Shown here piece after piece: positions 1 through 12,409 of a stretch of DNA of 64,000 bases. A model generated the notes under the pieces. The model was not told the origin of the DNA and made no database searches. It saw only the letters and a list, made by a program, of their open reading frames with translations. Numbering within the stretch: the first letter of the stretch is position 1; the number at the start of each line of letters is the position of its first letter. The DNA is from Squalus acanthias. Its lineage: Eukaryota. Where the stretch lies: the NCBI GenBank assembly GCA_030390025.1, contig CM059432.1, forward strand, positions 66,156,001-66,220,000. The letters run 5' to 3'. The position numbers and the translations under genes were made by a program.

Positions 1-3000
1 GAGTAATTCCTCCCTGTAGGCCTTATATCCCTTCTGTGCTCTGAGTCTAGAAGCACATGTATTTGACAGACCTAGATTAGACATTGAAAAGAAAAGTGCC
101 TAAAGATATTGCTGCAGAACTTGCACACACTACACCCTTGTGATATGGCATCAGGAATCCAACATGCTGTGTAAACATAAGCCCCCAGCCAAAAGTAAAT
201 AATGGCAGCACTCCACATACACGGGTCAATTAGAATGACAAAGCCTGCCACACTTCTGGGTGGAGCTGAAGCTTTTGAAGCACAAGGCTCTGAATGAGTG
301 GCACACTTAATGGCCTTTCTGGAGCAGCAAGTATTTCCATTACCAGCTGTCACTGTGGGACACCAGTACAAGCTTGTCTCCGGGTTACAAGCTTCCTCCC
401 TAGAGATTAATGTGTGCACCAAGTCCATGGCAAGTTTTTAACCTTTTCAGTGCTAAATATCTTTATTAAACATGTTCTGCAAAATGATTGAAATGAATAA
501 ACTTGGTGAAAGCAAACCTCCTGTTAGCCAATGTTGAGCAGTATTAATGGACAAGTCTATGCGCCAGCCTACCCTATTTTCTTGGCTGACGAACAGCCTG
601 GAGACAATAAGGCAGCAAAATGAAGGATACAGCAAACTGCAAAAACAACAAAAAAAGATCAGTAAGACAGAAAACTGTCTTTCCCCTTGTTCAAAATTTT
701 TGTCCCAACTTGGAAAAGAAAAGAGAAACAATGTTGGAAGATGGTCAGGAATTTTACTGGTTATTAAAACTGGATGCAATTTAGTCCATAAACTCCATGT
801 GGTGGAAAAAAGTCATTTTCTCAGCATGATTTTTACAACATGGAATCACGTCCAACACTGAACTCAGTAAACACTACTATCTCATTCCTGGCATGGTTCC
901 TTTTTATTCTTAGGAACAGGAATGCTGGGTGGGTAAAATAAAAAAAAGCTACACAGATTTTAACACTGGAGTCTGAGTGTGTGGGGATAATGGACAGCAG
1001 GGCAGCACATTAAAAGCCTCAAGAGTCATTTGCCTGAATAGTGGTCACCACAGGGACTCACTTGTGCCCACCTGCCTGATCCAGAAATGACTGCATATAA
1101 GTCTGGCTGAAAGATTTAAAAACTGACTGATCCATTTTTATTTAGTGGGCACTAGAAATGAACAACAAGCGGCTGAGGTACAGACCTTTCTAAATGCTGG
1201 TACGATTCATTATAATTGAGTAGTCTAAGCAGACGCAGAATACTAAGTAGAACTCTCCATTAGCCTCAGCGCAAAACCAGAAACCTTATTCATTTTTGAT
1301 TCAGGCAGCTGATATGATTTAGAGCTCAATTTTCGCCACATGGTGGCAAGCACTGAAACAAGAACAGAATGGGGTCCAATTTTCCTGATTTATATCTATG
1401 TGCAGTGTGACTATTTTCCTTCAGGAGTGCAGAGCAAAATAAGATTATTCAAATTTATCTGTAAATGTCCTACCCTTACTGACCATGACTGAGTGTGTAC
1501 AGGGCCCTTTATAAGTTCAAGTGGACAGTCCTCCCATGTGTTAAAACAAACTTGGTGGCCGAGATTTTCCGGGGGGTCAGCGGGCGCGATCGGTGGCGGG
1601 TCGGGGGAAAATTATTTTTTTCCCCAACGGGTTGGGACTCAGCTGTGAACCGACCACTGGCCTGCCCCAATGTCAGGTCTGTCAGCGCTGAGCAGACCCG
1701 ACACGCAGCGGCGGGGGACCCAATTCAAGTAATTTTGACCTTGTTTAGAGATCATTAAGAATGCATTTGAGCTCACCTTTTGATTTTACGTGCTCACCCG
1801 CGGACCACGTCTGTCAAGCTGAGGCGGGAGTTTAGTGGCCATTGAATCAGCTGTTGAGTTGACAACTTCAAATGTAAAGTAAAAGCTCCCACCTTACAGA
1901 GATATCTTCCCTCACTGCATTTCCACAACAGATTCACATGCTGCAAATCTTTACACAAGTCTCCATCCACTCCGACCTCATTACCTCTCTCACCATTGAC
2001 AGATCGCTTCTGTCATCTCTAATTCACCTGCCATCTAATCCATCAGCATGGGATTTTTTTTTTTATTCGTTTATGAGATGTGGGCGTTGCTGGCAAGGCC
2101 AGCATTTATTGCCCATCCCTAATTGCCCTTGAGAAGGTGGTGGTGAGCCGCCTTCTTGAACCGCTGCAGTCCGTGTGGTGAAGGTATTCCCACAGTGCTG
2201 TTAGGGAGGGAGTTCCAGGATTTTGATCCAGCGACGATGAAGGATCGGCGATAGACTTCTAAGTCAGGATGGTGTGTGACTTGGAGGGGAATTTGGAGGT
2301 GGTGGTGTTCCCATGCGCCTGCTGCCCTTGTCCTTCTAGGTGGAAGAGGTTGCAGGTTTGGGAGGTGCTGCCAAAGAAGCCTTGACGAGTTGCTGCAGTG
2401 CATCTTGTAGATGGTACACACTGCAGCCATGGTACGCTGGTGGTGGAGGGAGTGAATGTTTAAGGTGGTGGATGGGGTGCCAATCAAGCGGGCTGCTTTG
2501 TCCTGGATGGTGTCGAGCTTCTTGAGTGTTGTTGGAGCTGCACTCATCCAGGCAAGTGGAGAGTATTCCATCACACTCCTTACTTGTGAATTGTAGATGG
2601 TGGAAAGGCTTTGGGGAGTCAGGAGGTGAGACACTCACCACAGAATACCTAGCCTCTGACCTGCTCTTGTTGCCACAGTACTTATGTGGCTGGTCCAGTT
2701 AAGTTTCTGGTCAATGGTGACCCCCAGGATGTTGACGGTGGGAGAATCGGCAATGATAATGCCGTTGAATGTCAAGGGGTGGTAGTTAGACTCTCGCTTG
2801 TTGGCGATAGTCATTGCCTGGGACTTCTGTGGCGCAAATCTTACCTGCCACTTTTCAGCCCAAGCCTGAGTGTCGTCCAGGTCTTGTTGCATGCGGGCAT
2901 GGACTGCTTCATTATCTGAGGAGTTGTGAATGGCATTGAACGCTGTGCAGTCATCAGCGAACATCCCCATTTCTGACCTTATGTTGGAGGGAAGGTCATT

Positions 3001-3858
3001 GATGAAGCAGCTGAAGATGGTTGGGCCTAGGACACTGCCCTGAGAAACTCCTGTAGCGATGTCCTGGGGCTGTGATGAATGACATCCAACCACCACAACC
3101 ATCTTCCTTTGTGCTAGGTATGACTTCAGCCAGTGGAGAGTTTTCCCCGATTCCCATTGACTTCAGTTTTACTAGGGCTCCTTGATGCCACACTCGGTCA
3201 AATGCTGCCTTGATGTCAAGGGCAGTCACTCTCACCTCACCTCACTTCTGGAATTCAGCTCCTTTCTCCATGTTTGGACCAAGGCTGTAATGAGGTCGGG
3301 AGCCGAGTGGTCTTGGCGGAACCCAAACTGGGCATCAGTGTGCAGGTTACTAGTGAGTAAGTGTCGCTTGATAGCACTGTCGCTGACACCTTCCATCACT
3401 TTGCTGATGATTGAGAGTAGACTGATGGGGCGGTTATTGGCCGGATTGGATTTGTCCTGCTTTTTGTGGACAGGACATACCTGGGCAGTTTTCCACACTG
3501 TCGGATAGGTGCCAGTGTTGTAGCTGTACTGGAATAGCTTGGCTAGAGGCGCAGCTAGTTCTGGAGCACAAGTCTTCAGCACGACAGCCGGGATGTTGTC
3601 GGGGCCCATCGCCTTTGCTGTATCCAATGCACTCAGCCGTTTCTTAATTTCACATGGAGTGAATCGAATTGGCTGAAGACTTGCCTCTGTGATGGTGGAA
3701 ACCTCAGGAGGAGGCCGATCTGTATCATCCCCTCGGCACTTCTGGCTGAAGATGGTTGCAAATGGTAGAGTGAGGGATATGCCGAGCCATGAGGTTACAG
3801 ATTATGGTGGAATACAATTCTGCTGCTGCTGATGGCCCACAGTTGATTCATCTGCGAC

Positions 3859-5570
3859 CTCATGCCGGGCTGGGGTTGTGCTGAGGTAGTGGCGGGTAGC
3901 ATGCTGCGGGATGGAGTTGAGGACACTCACGTCGAAGACAGAGTCTCGGTTAAGGAGGTCTTCGAAGTGCTCCTTCCAGCGGGCACTGACTGCCTCTCTA
4001 TCCTTGATGAGTACCTCTCCATTCTTGGCCCGCAGTGGGGTAGGACCTTGGGTGCTTGGGCCGTAGGTGGTCTCGACTGCGCTAAAGAATCCACGCACGT
4101 CGTGGTTGTCGGCTAGCTGCTGGATCTCCTGCACTTTCTCCACCCACCATCTGTTCTTTAGGTCACGAGTTTTTTGTTGGACCTCGGCCTTCAGGCATCT
4201 GTAGAGCTGCTTTCTTGCTCTCGAGTTGTGTTGCTGTTTCCAGATCAGGGATGCCTTGTGCTTGCAGCTTATTAGATCCTGAATCTCCTGGTCATTCTCG
4301 TCGAACCAGTCTTGGTGTTTCCTGGTCAAGTGTCCGAGCGTCTCTTCACAGGTGCTGATCATGGAGGCCTTGAGTGCAGACCAGGCGCTGTGGACACTCT
4401 GTGTCTCTGAATCACTGGGAGTCATCAGGTTGGTTGTGAGGCGTAGGCTGAATAGGGCTTTCTTAGCAGGGTCTTTGAGTGCTCCAGCGTTGATTTTCCT
4501 GCGGCATTGTTTCTGTTGCCGCCGCTGTTTTGGGGCTACATTGATGGAGATGACAGAGCGGATTAGGCGGTGGTCTAGCCAGCAGTCATCAGCTCCTGTC
4601 ATGGCGCGGGTGATGTGGACGTCCTTGTGGTCCTTCGCTCGGACGATGACGTAGACCAGCAGATGCCAGTGCTTAGAGCGAGGGTGTTGCCATAAAGCCT
4701 TATATTTGTCTCTCTGACGGAACAAGGTGTTGGTTATGACAAGGCCATGTTCTAATGCACGACGAGGCCTTGGACAACGTGGACCACTTTCCATACCTCG
4801 GGAGCCTACTGTCAACAAGGGCAGACATCGATGATAAAGTCCAACACCGCCTTCAGTGCGCCAGTGCAGCCTTCGGTCGCCTGAAGAAGAGAGTGTTTGA
4901 AGACCAGGACCTCCAACCTGGCACCAAGCTCATGGTCTACAGAGCAGTAGTGATACCCGCCCTCCTGTATGCTTCAGAGACATGGACCATGTACAGCAGG
5001 CACCTCAAAGCACTGGAGAGGTACCACCAATGCTGCCTCCGCAAGATCCTTCAAATCCATTGGCAGGATAGGTGCACCAACATCTGTGTTCTTGCTCAGG
5101 CCAACACCCCCAGCATCGAAGCTTTGACCACGCTCGATCAGCTCCGATGGACGGGCCACATTGTCCACATGCCCGATACGAGACTCCCAAAACAAGCGCT
5201 CTACTCGGAGCTCCGACACGGCAGCAGAGCCCCAGGTGGGCAGAGGAAATGCTTCAAGGACACCCTCAAAGCCTCCTTGAAAAAGTGCAACATCCCCTCC
5301 GACACCTGGGAATCTCTGGCCCAAGACCGCTCGAAGTGGAGGAGAAGCATCCGGGAAGGCGCCGAACACCTCGAGTCTCTTCGCCGGGAGCAAGTGGAAG
5401 CCAAGCGCAAGTCAACCCAAGCACCCCACCCACCCATCCCTTCAACCACCGTCTGCCCCACCTGTGACAGAGACTGTAGGTCCCGCATTGGACTCATCAG
5501 TCACCTGAGAACTCATTTTTAGCGTGGAAGCAAGTCATCCTCGGTTCCGAGGGACTGCCTAAGAAGAAGA
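3859..5570. mobile_element. RTE-clade LINE, 5'-truncated and 5'-inverted (3859-4754 minus; 4755-5570 plus)
   Basis: The minus part encodes the APE C-terminus and linker (LVITNT, WQHPRSKHWH, DHRLI, RWKEHFEDLLN). The plus part encodes the RT C-terminus and a C2H2 finger (FPYLGS, LYASETW, QLRWTGH, CPTCDRDC..GLISHLRTH). It ends in an (AAG)n tail at 5561-5570. Confidence 0.93.
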
Positions 5571-6489
5571 GGACAGGTGCATCTGCAACAGGTAGATTGG
5601 TGAGGACGAGGTCAAGTAGGTTTTTCCCTCGAGTTGGTTCTCTCACCACATATCGCAGGCCCAGACTGGCAGGTATGTCCTTCAGGACTTGGCCAGCTCG
5701 GTCAGTAGTGGTGCTACCGAGCTACTCTTGTGGTTGGACATTGAAGTCCCCCACCCAGAGTACATTCTGTGTCCTTGCAACTCTCAGTGCTTCTTCCAAG
5801 TGGTGTTCAACATGGAGGAGTACTGATTCATCAGCTGAGGGAGGGCGGTAGGTTGTAATCAGCAGGAGGTTTCCTTGCCCATGCTTGACCTGAAGCCATG
5901 AGACTTCGTGGGGTCTGGAGTCAATGTTGAGGACTCCCAGGGCCACTCCTGTATACCACTGTGCCACCACCTCTGGTCTGTCTTGCCGGTGGGACAGGAC
6001 ATACCCAGGGATGGTGATGGAGGAGTTTGGGACATTGGCTGAAAGGTATGATTCTGTGAGTATAACTATGTCAGGCTGTTGCTTGACTAGTCTGTGGGAC
6101 AGCTCTCCCAATTTTGGCACAAATCCCCAGATGTTTATGAGGAGGACTTTGCAGGGTCGACTGGGCTGGGTGTGCCGTTTGCCATGTCCGTAGCTGGTGC
6201 CGAGGTCGATGCTGGGTGGTCCGTCCGGTTTTATTCTTCGTAACGGTTTGTTACAACTGAGTGACTTGCTGGGCCATTTCAGAGGGCAGTTAAGAGTCAA
6301 CCACATTGCTGTGGGTCTGGAGTCACATGTAGGTCAGACCAGGTAAGGATGGCAGATTTTCTTCCCTAAAGGACATTAGTGAACCAGATGAGTTTTTACG
6401 ACAATCCGATAGTTTCATGGTTACCATTACTGATACTAGCTTTTTATTCCAGATTTATTTAATAAACTGAATTTAAATTCCCCAGCTGC

Positions 6490-6572
6490 TGTGGTGGGAT
6501 TTGAATTCTGGATCATTAGTCCAGGCTTCTGCAGTACTAGCCCAGTAACATTACCGCTATGCTACCATGCCC
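6490..6572 (-). promoter_or_regulatory. tRNA-derived head with Pol III A-box and B-box-like motif at the LINE 5' end
   Basis: The minus strand reads GGGCATGG-TAGCATAGCGG-TAATG...GAATTCAAATCCCACCAC. TAGCATAGCGG (6554-6564) fits the A-box consensus TRGCNNARYGG. ATTCAAATCCC (6496-6506) is a degenerate B-box. Confidence 0.7.
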
Positions 6573-7282
6573 TTTATACTCTCTCACCTTGGTCCTCAGA
6601 ATCCCACCACGATCAGCCCCAATACCAGCACCAGGCACACCAGAAGCACCAACAACAACACCACTAACCTTCTCCGCAATCACCTGATGCTGCACAGGAC
6701 ACAGGGCATCAGCACCCGACCACATTGCTGCCCGGGAGGCCAGGGGTGGCCGCACCATGGCCAGATTTACTTCACTTGATGCTGTACACCCTGGCTGCCA
6801 CATGATGTGCCAGGTTGGCACCACCCCACACCAACACCATAAAGCTTCCCTACAATGCCCAAGCCATTCCTTTCACACTCATCACCATTGCGGGGGTGGT
6901 ACCGTTATGTCTCACCATTCACTGCAACTCACTAAGACACTTCCAAAGGTGCACACAAATCTGTCCAAGAATGCAAAGTGTTGAAAATAAAGGTTTCAAT
7001 GTTTGACACCACATGAACAGAAACTTTACATGAACATTGCATAAAACACCCAAGTGCCTACCCTTGTGTGTTGTTAGTTGGTATGATTGCATTAGGATGA
7101 GGGTGAGTGTGAGGGGTAGCTAGTGAGATGGGGATGTGATAATGTAGATAGAGAGGGATGGGCGGAGGTGCCAGGTAAGTTGATGTGAGTAAGGATGTGT
7201 AGGAGTAGGGTTGGGAAGGCAGAATGATGGGGATGTGATGAGTGGCACAGCAGGATGAGGTTGAGTGTGGCTTTGTACTAAC

Positions 7283-7510
7283 CTTTTGTGATCTACTGAG
7301 ATCATTGAAACGTTTGCGGCACTGCACCCAGGTCCTCCTGACCACATCCCTGCTTGTGCCCTCCTCTGCAATGTGCAACCAGGCTGTGTTGATCTCCTGT
7401 GGAGGTCTCTTCTGCCTATGGGAAGGGAAGAGGACGTCCCTGTGTGCTGTGACTCCCTCCATAAGTATATGGAGGGTGTCATGGGAGAGCCTGGGTGCAC
7501 CATTGTGCAA
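7283..7510 (-). pseudogene. Harbinger Myb/SANT-like DNA-binding protein, exon 1 remnant
   Basis: APRLSHDTLHILMEGV..W..IAEE..RTWVQCRKRFNDL followed by the donor AAG|GTTAGT. Homologous to 40325-40534 and 28843-29082. Confidence 0.85.
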
Positions 7511-8819
7511 TGATTGTCAGTGTTTGCAGCACCTCAATGCTGTGGAACACTGACAGCACAAATGCCAAAATAAATTTGGACATGGTCCAAATGACATCAC
7601 TAGACCCGCTTCCTCTAATTGGCCGGCAAACGCGCTGGGCGAGCTAAACAAGCCCAATCAACTGAAAGTAATTTCAGACAGTGGGATGGAGCCAACAGCA
7701 GGTTTGGGATGTCGCCCGCCATGGACCCACCGAGGTCAGCAAAATCGCGGCCATTGTCTGTGTTTGCAGCACTTCAATGTTGTAGAACACTGACAGCACA
7801 AATGTCAAATTAAAGTTGGCCATGGTCCCTTTAAGCAAACCGGCTGATGACCCGTCATCAAATGACACCACCAGACCCGCTTCCTCTAATTGGCCGGGAA
7901 ACGCGCTGGGCTTGCTTAACAAGCCCTATCAAGCGAAAATCATTTTACAGTGTGGGCTGGAGCCAGCAGCGGGGTCCGGACCCACCACTGACATCGTCCA
8001 CCACGGACCCACCGAGGTTAGTAAAATCCCAGCCACCGTTTCCTGGATTCCAACTCCAAATGGAGGCATAGTCAATTTATATTTTAAAGCAATAATTTAG
8101 ATGGTTAGTTTATACAAATAAGGCTCACTTCAGATGTGTATTCGCAGCAAAATGAATTCAGGAACCTGTTTCCAACCAGTGGGCAATAAAGACTGCCTGG
8201 CTAAGAGGTCCAATTGTCTCCGCACCCTGTTGGGAGAGTCATATTTCCAAAAGGCTTATGACTCTGTGAGGACATTTGATAACTGCATTGTTTGCTTCAC
8301 AAATAATCTGAAAAGATTTTCCTTTGAAGGTATTGTGAAGATTCAGGCCTTCCAGCAACCTGTGATGATTTTATAGCCTGAAAAGTTTATATCCAGCCTC
8401 CAGTGACAGTTTCATACTATCTTAAGGATTGCTTCATGCTCTGTAACTATTTTGGTTTCCAGAACTTGATTCTTTTCTTCCTTCTTACCCCAGAACTTCC
8501 CTTTGATCCAGTTGGCTGTGTATTTTTTTTCTAAGTTCTCCAATTGGCAAGTTGTGACTATCCAATCATTGAAATAAACAGCTTCAGAATGGACAAGAGC
8601 TGCGGTAGGCTGGTTTGCTATTACTGCAGTTATCCTGCAGGTACTGTCCGATAATGATGCCAGCTTCGAAAATGGTGTTAGCCAGCGGCACTGAATATTC
8701 CTCACTGTGGCCTAAGGAAAGGCAACCGCTGTGGCCACGTACTTAAATACATGCACAGAGCTCTGCTGACTGGCCACTGAATGCCAGTGGCAGTTTTATG
8801 TTCTCTTTTTCTTCTTTGT

Positions 8820-9125
8820 TAATTTTCTCCCTTTCTTCTGCCGACTGCATGCTGAGGAACAGTTCCAAAATTCCCTTCCATTACCTCACTCAAGTGTCCA
8901 TTGTTTGTGTGTACTGGCAGGTTATTTGACCACAGGGGACATCATAGCCGAGCATAATCCTGTCATCACCACACATATGCACTTCCGCCAGTGGTTGCTG
9001 AAAGCCTGGGTAATTTCCCACTCCACACTCAAGGGTACCAAGGCCACTGCAGACACGATCAGCTTCTTTAGCGCAGACTGGGAATCGAACCTGGGACCTT
9101 CCTTGTCTGTATGGCTGAGCTACTA
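8820..9125 (-). mobile_element. Old tRNA-derived SINE remnant
   Basis: B-box-like GGTTCGATTCCC on the minus strand near 9080-9092. The body resembles 60980-61350. Confidence 0.5.
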
Positions 9126-9639
9126 ATATCATGGTGGTCAGTGGGTGCATTGAACTGCATTCGCTGCCTGCTCCTTGAAAAATTTGGTGCAGAGGCCTGA
9201 GGCCTACAATGCACTCAAGGCATGAAGAGGACAGCAAATGCAAAAGAGACTAGGAGCCCATCCACAAGTTGTGCACTGGGCTCATTAGGCTCCCTATTTT
9301 CATTTTAGTTAGGCCTCTGTCCTATAATGTGGCTGGAGTACCTTAGCAGCCCTCCAGCTATATTGCGCCCATTTTGTATTGGTGCTGAAGGTCACCTTTA
9401 AGTTAATAAAATGTGTGCATCTTTGTCCTTTGCCCCCACTCCCCCTCCACCCCCCTTACCCCGGTGCCTGTGTCCCTCGTTCCCGGTACCCCTTACCCGT
9501 TTCTCCTTTCTGGTGCCCAATGCCCAACCCCCGACATGCAAGGAAATTACCCAGTACACAGCGGGCAGCCAGCGGTCCCTCACTGATTGCTGGCTTCAAT
9601 AATGTGGCAATATATTGTATAAATGAGCTGACCTCCTGT

Positions 9640-10865
9640 TGTTTCCTTTATGAGATCCACAATCTGCTCCCTCAATTCCCACCCACTGACCAGGCCCCTT
9701 AACACTAAACTACCACTACTTGGCCTAATGCTTGATCTATGTGTTAATCTCTCCCTTTCCTCAAACATCATTCTCTCTCTTAAAAAAAGTATTCTTAACT
9801 CATTTTCTTAAAAAGCCAGCCTTGACCCCTCTGTCTTCTCGAACTACCACCCCATCTCCAACTTCCTCTTCCTTTCTAAGCTCCATTTCTACCCAACTGC
9901 ATATTACTCATTTTCCATATTTGAATGTTGCATTCCATGACATCCCATGGTAAACTGACCTCACCCAACTACTATCATCCTTGATTCCTCAACTATCACC
10001 ATGCTGTCTGACTGCCTGTCTGACATTAAGCCCTGTTTGTTTGATATTAAGAGCTCTCTTCAGCTTAATAACGACAATGCTGAAGCCTTTTCTTTGGCTC
10101 TCACCAGAAATATCAGTGTACAATCTCTGTTCTCAATATTGCCATTGTTAAGCTGAAGAAAGTTTGTGATATTAGACAGACAGGACTTGATGTCAGGTAG
10201 ACAGATGAATAGCATGCTGACCATGGACTGAGATTCAAATCCCAAACTTATTCCATTGCAAACATCATTTACTTCCAAACTGGCACATCACCTGCCTATG
10301 TCCCGACCTCAACCCACTGCTGCTAAAACCCTCACCCTCGCCTTTGTCACCTGACTTCTTCAATACTGTTCTCACTGTTCTCTGCAGCTCCAAGTCGCAG
10401 AAGCTCCAAATAATCAAGAATTCTGCAGCTTATACCTTATCCTTTGCAGAGTCCTGCATACCTATTACCATATCCTCACTGAACTGTACTGATTCCCTGC
10501 CCCCTAGCTTATTGACTTCAAAAACCTTGTTTTCAAATTCCTCACGGCTTTACTTCACCCATATCTCTGCAATATTCTCCAACCTACAACCCAGCTTGCA
10601 CCCTCTGCTCTTCTAATGCTGGGCTACTAAGCGTTCCCTCTTCCTTTGGTCCATCATTGGTGGCAGAGCCTTCAGTCACTATCCCCATGCTCACTGGAAT
10701 TTATTCATGTTGAAAAAAAACCCCTTGGAATGTGCCTTTGGTCACCTCCTCTAATTTCTCTATTATTTTCCACTCAATGTTCAGCATTCTTCCTGTAAAG
10801 TATATTGGGACATTTCATTGCATGATATATAAATGAAATAAGCAAAATAAATGTAAGTTGTTGTA
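9640..10865 (+). mobile_element. Old degraded L2 LINE 3' fragment with a local inverted duplication
   Basis: Similar to the younger L2 at 14456-16808 (CTACCACCCCATCTCCAAC, GGTGGCAGAGCCTTCAG) and ends in AAATGTAAGTTGTTG. Confidence 0.65.
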
Positions 10866-12409
10866 ATTGCTTTTTGTTAGTCTTTCCTTCCCATTTAAAA
10901 AAGGGAATAAACTACTACCCATACAGTTTGAAATGCAAACATTATTTAAACTTTTATTGTATCTGAAATAGCATATAATTAGTGAACTTCAATTAATCTC
11001 TGAAATGATAAAATAAGTTAATATTTGTTTAATTAAACAACCTTAACACCTCAAGACTGAAAAGCCATCACATAGCCAGTGCTTCAATTGGAGCTGAGCA
11101 TCGAATCAAATGATATATCAATCTAAGTTTGACTGATTTGTATCCATTTAAAGCTTTCATTTATCTATTCACCTTACAGGGTTACCTGCAGTAGCAAACA
11201 TTCTGTTCCTGTAAATAACCCACAATATGGCACAGAAACTCTCCTCTACTTCTTGAGGAAAGTACCACCATCAGCAAATGTAAGCTTTTATTCTGATCAC
11301 AGATGGGATGAGCTCTGAACCCACTCATTCAGACCAGAAACACATCTTTGAGATTACTGTCCTCTGCTGATCTTCCCCCAACACCAGTGAAAGTCCAGTG
11401 GTAAAATGATTAAGTCACGATTGCAAATTTTGTAGTAATTGTGGGTGTTGTGAATAGGATATTAAATACCTATCCAGGCACACAGCAGAACACTTTATTG
11501 AAGCTTCAACATGCTGGAGAATGCTATGATATTGACTCCCCCTGGAGTGAGCTGCTAATCTCAGCCATGAGATTGTGACATCTAGTGGAAGCCGGGAAGA
11601 GGCTGAAAATGAGAGAACTTGTCACCATGGACCACTCTTAAGCACTTCCGTGCAGTGATGTTGCTGGCAGCCTGGGAACAGGCATATTACACGCTCCCAG
11701 GGTATGTTGTGTGACAATGTGGGACTTCAGGGAAGGAGTGGGGAAAAATACAAACTAATTTACAGAAGTAAATAAAATAAGTCACACAAGTACATAAAAG
11801 GCCATTTAGCCTTTGGATTACAGTAGGTGTCTTTGTTGCACTGTGATTATGTCTAAATAAAATATATATACAGTTTCAGGGTGGACCAGTGCCACAACAC
11901 ATTGGCTTACTATTGCCTGCACAGCTGAATGGTGGGATGTGGCTTCACGCCTGTGATTTCCCACATGGCGAGTTCCTGATCTCAACTGAGCTGTCAGAGC
12001 AGCTATGAGTGCAGGCCAGGTATTTCTCTACAAGGAGGGAGGGGAAAAACAGTGAGTGGGAAAACAAGGGGAAGTTTTACACGAATGAACAGCAAAATAA
12101 TGAAAGGGAACTGGTGAAAACAAATGCTTTAAAATGCGTTTTTGTATATTTCTAATGAAAATTATAGATTTTAAAATATCTATTGAACGGGGTACTGATG
12201 GACAATCAATTGCTAGATCTGCAGTGTAAGACTGCAGAGAATGGCAGAGATGTCTCAGTCGGTACTCCTATGCTAAAAAGACTGTTTGATTGGCACCTTG
12301 TCGACATGGTAGAGCATCTTGCGAGGGTATTCCTAAACAAGTCTGACTGAACTCATTCAGTAAATCAAGACCTTCTAGTATCACACCGGGACAAAAATAT
12401 TTATTGATT

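Larger units (their letters stand above)
2053..6572 (-). mobile_element. Degraded near-full-length LINE (APE + RT; CR1/L2/Jockey-group type) with a tRNA-like 5' head; interrupted by the RTE at 3859-5570
   Basis: APE motifs in ORF 5722-6306 (DIVILTESYL, TTYRPP, VGDFN). RT motifs in ORFs 3232-3627, 2996-3235, 2635-3102 and 2119-2634 (KAMGPDNI, RPISLLS, QFGFR, LDIKAAFDRVWH, SQGSVLGP, FADD, VRSVMEY). A-rich 3' tail at about 2053-2065. Collinear with the copy at 25497-28297. Confidence 0.93.
1554..8037. mobile_element. Non-autonomous PIF/Harbinger DNA transposon (Harb-A), carrying a nested LINE and RTE, with a duplicated right end
   Basis: Left end GGTGGCCGAGATTTT (1554) matches the reverse complement of the right end AAAATCCCAGCCACC (to 8037). 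A second right end AAAATCGCGGCC ends at 7752. It has GC-rich subterminal regions and a Myb/SANT exon at 7283-7510. No clean 3-bp TSD was found. Confidence 0.7.

Noticed and set aside
72..861. ORFs 72-428, 453-779 and 547-861 as a host gene
   Set aside because: No recognisable domain, and they are overlapping short ORFs of chance length.
6150..6306. 2A-like peptide or HDV-like ribozyme ahead of the LINE ORF
   Set aside because: There is no D-x-E-x-NPGP motif, and no convincing nested pseudoknot could be built by eye.
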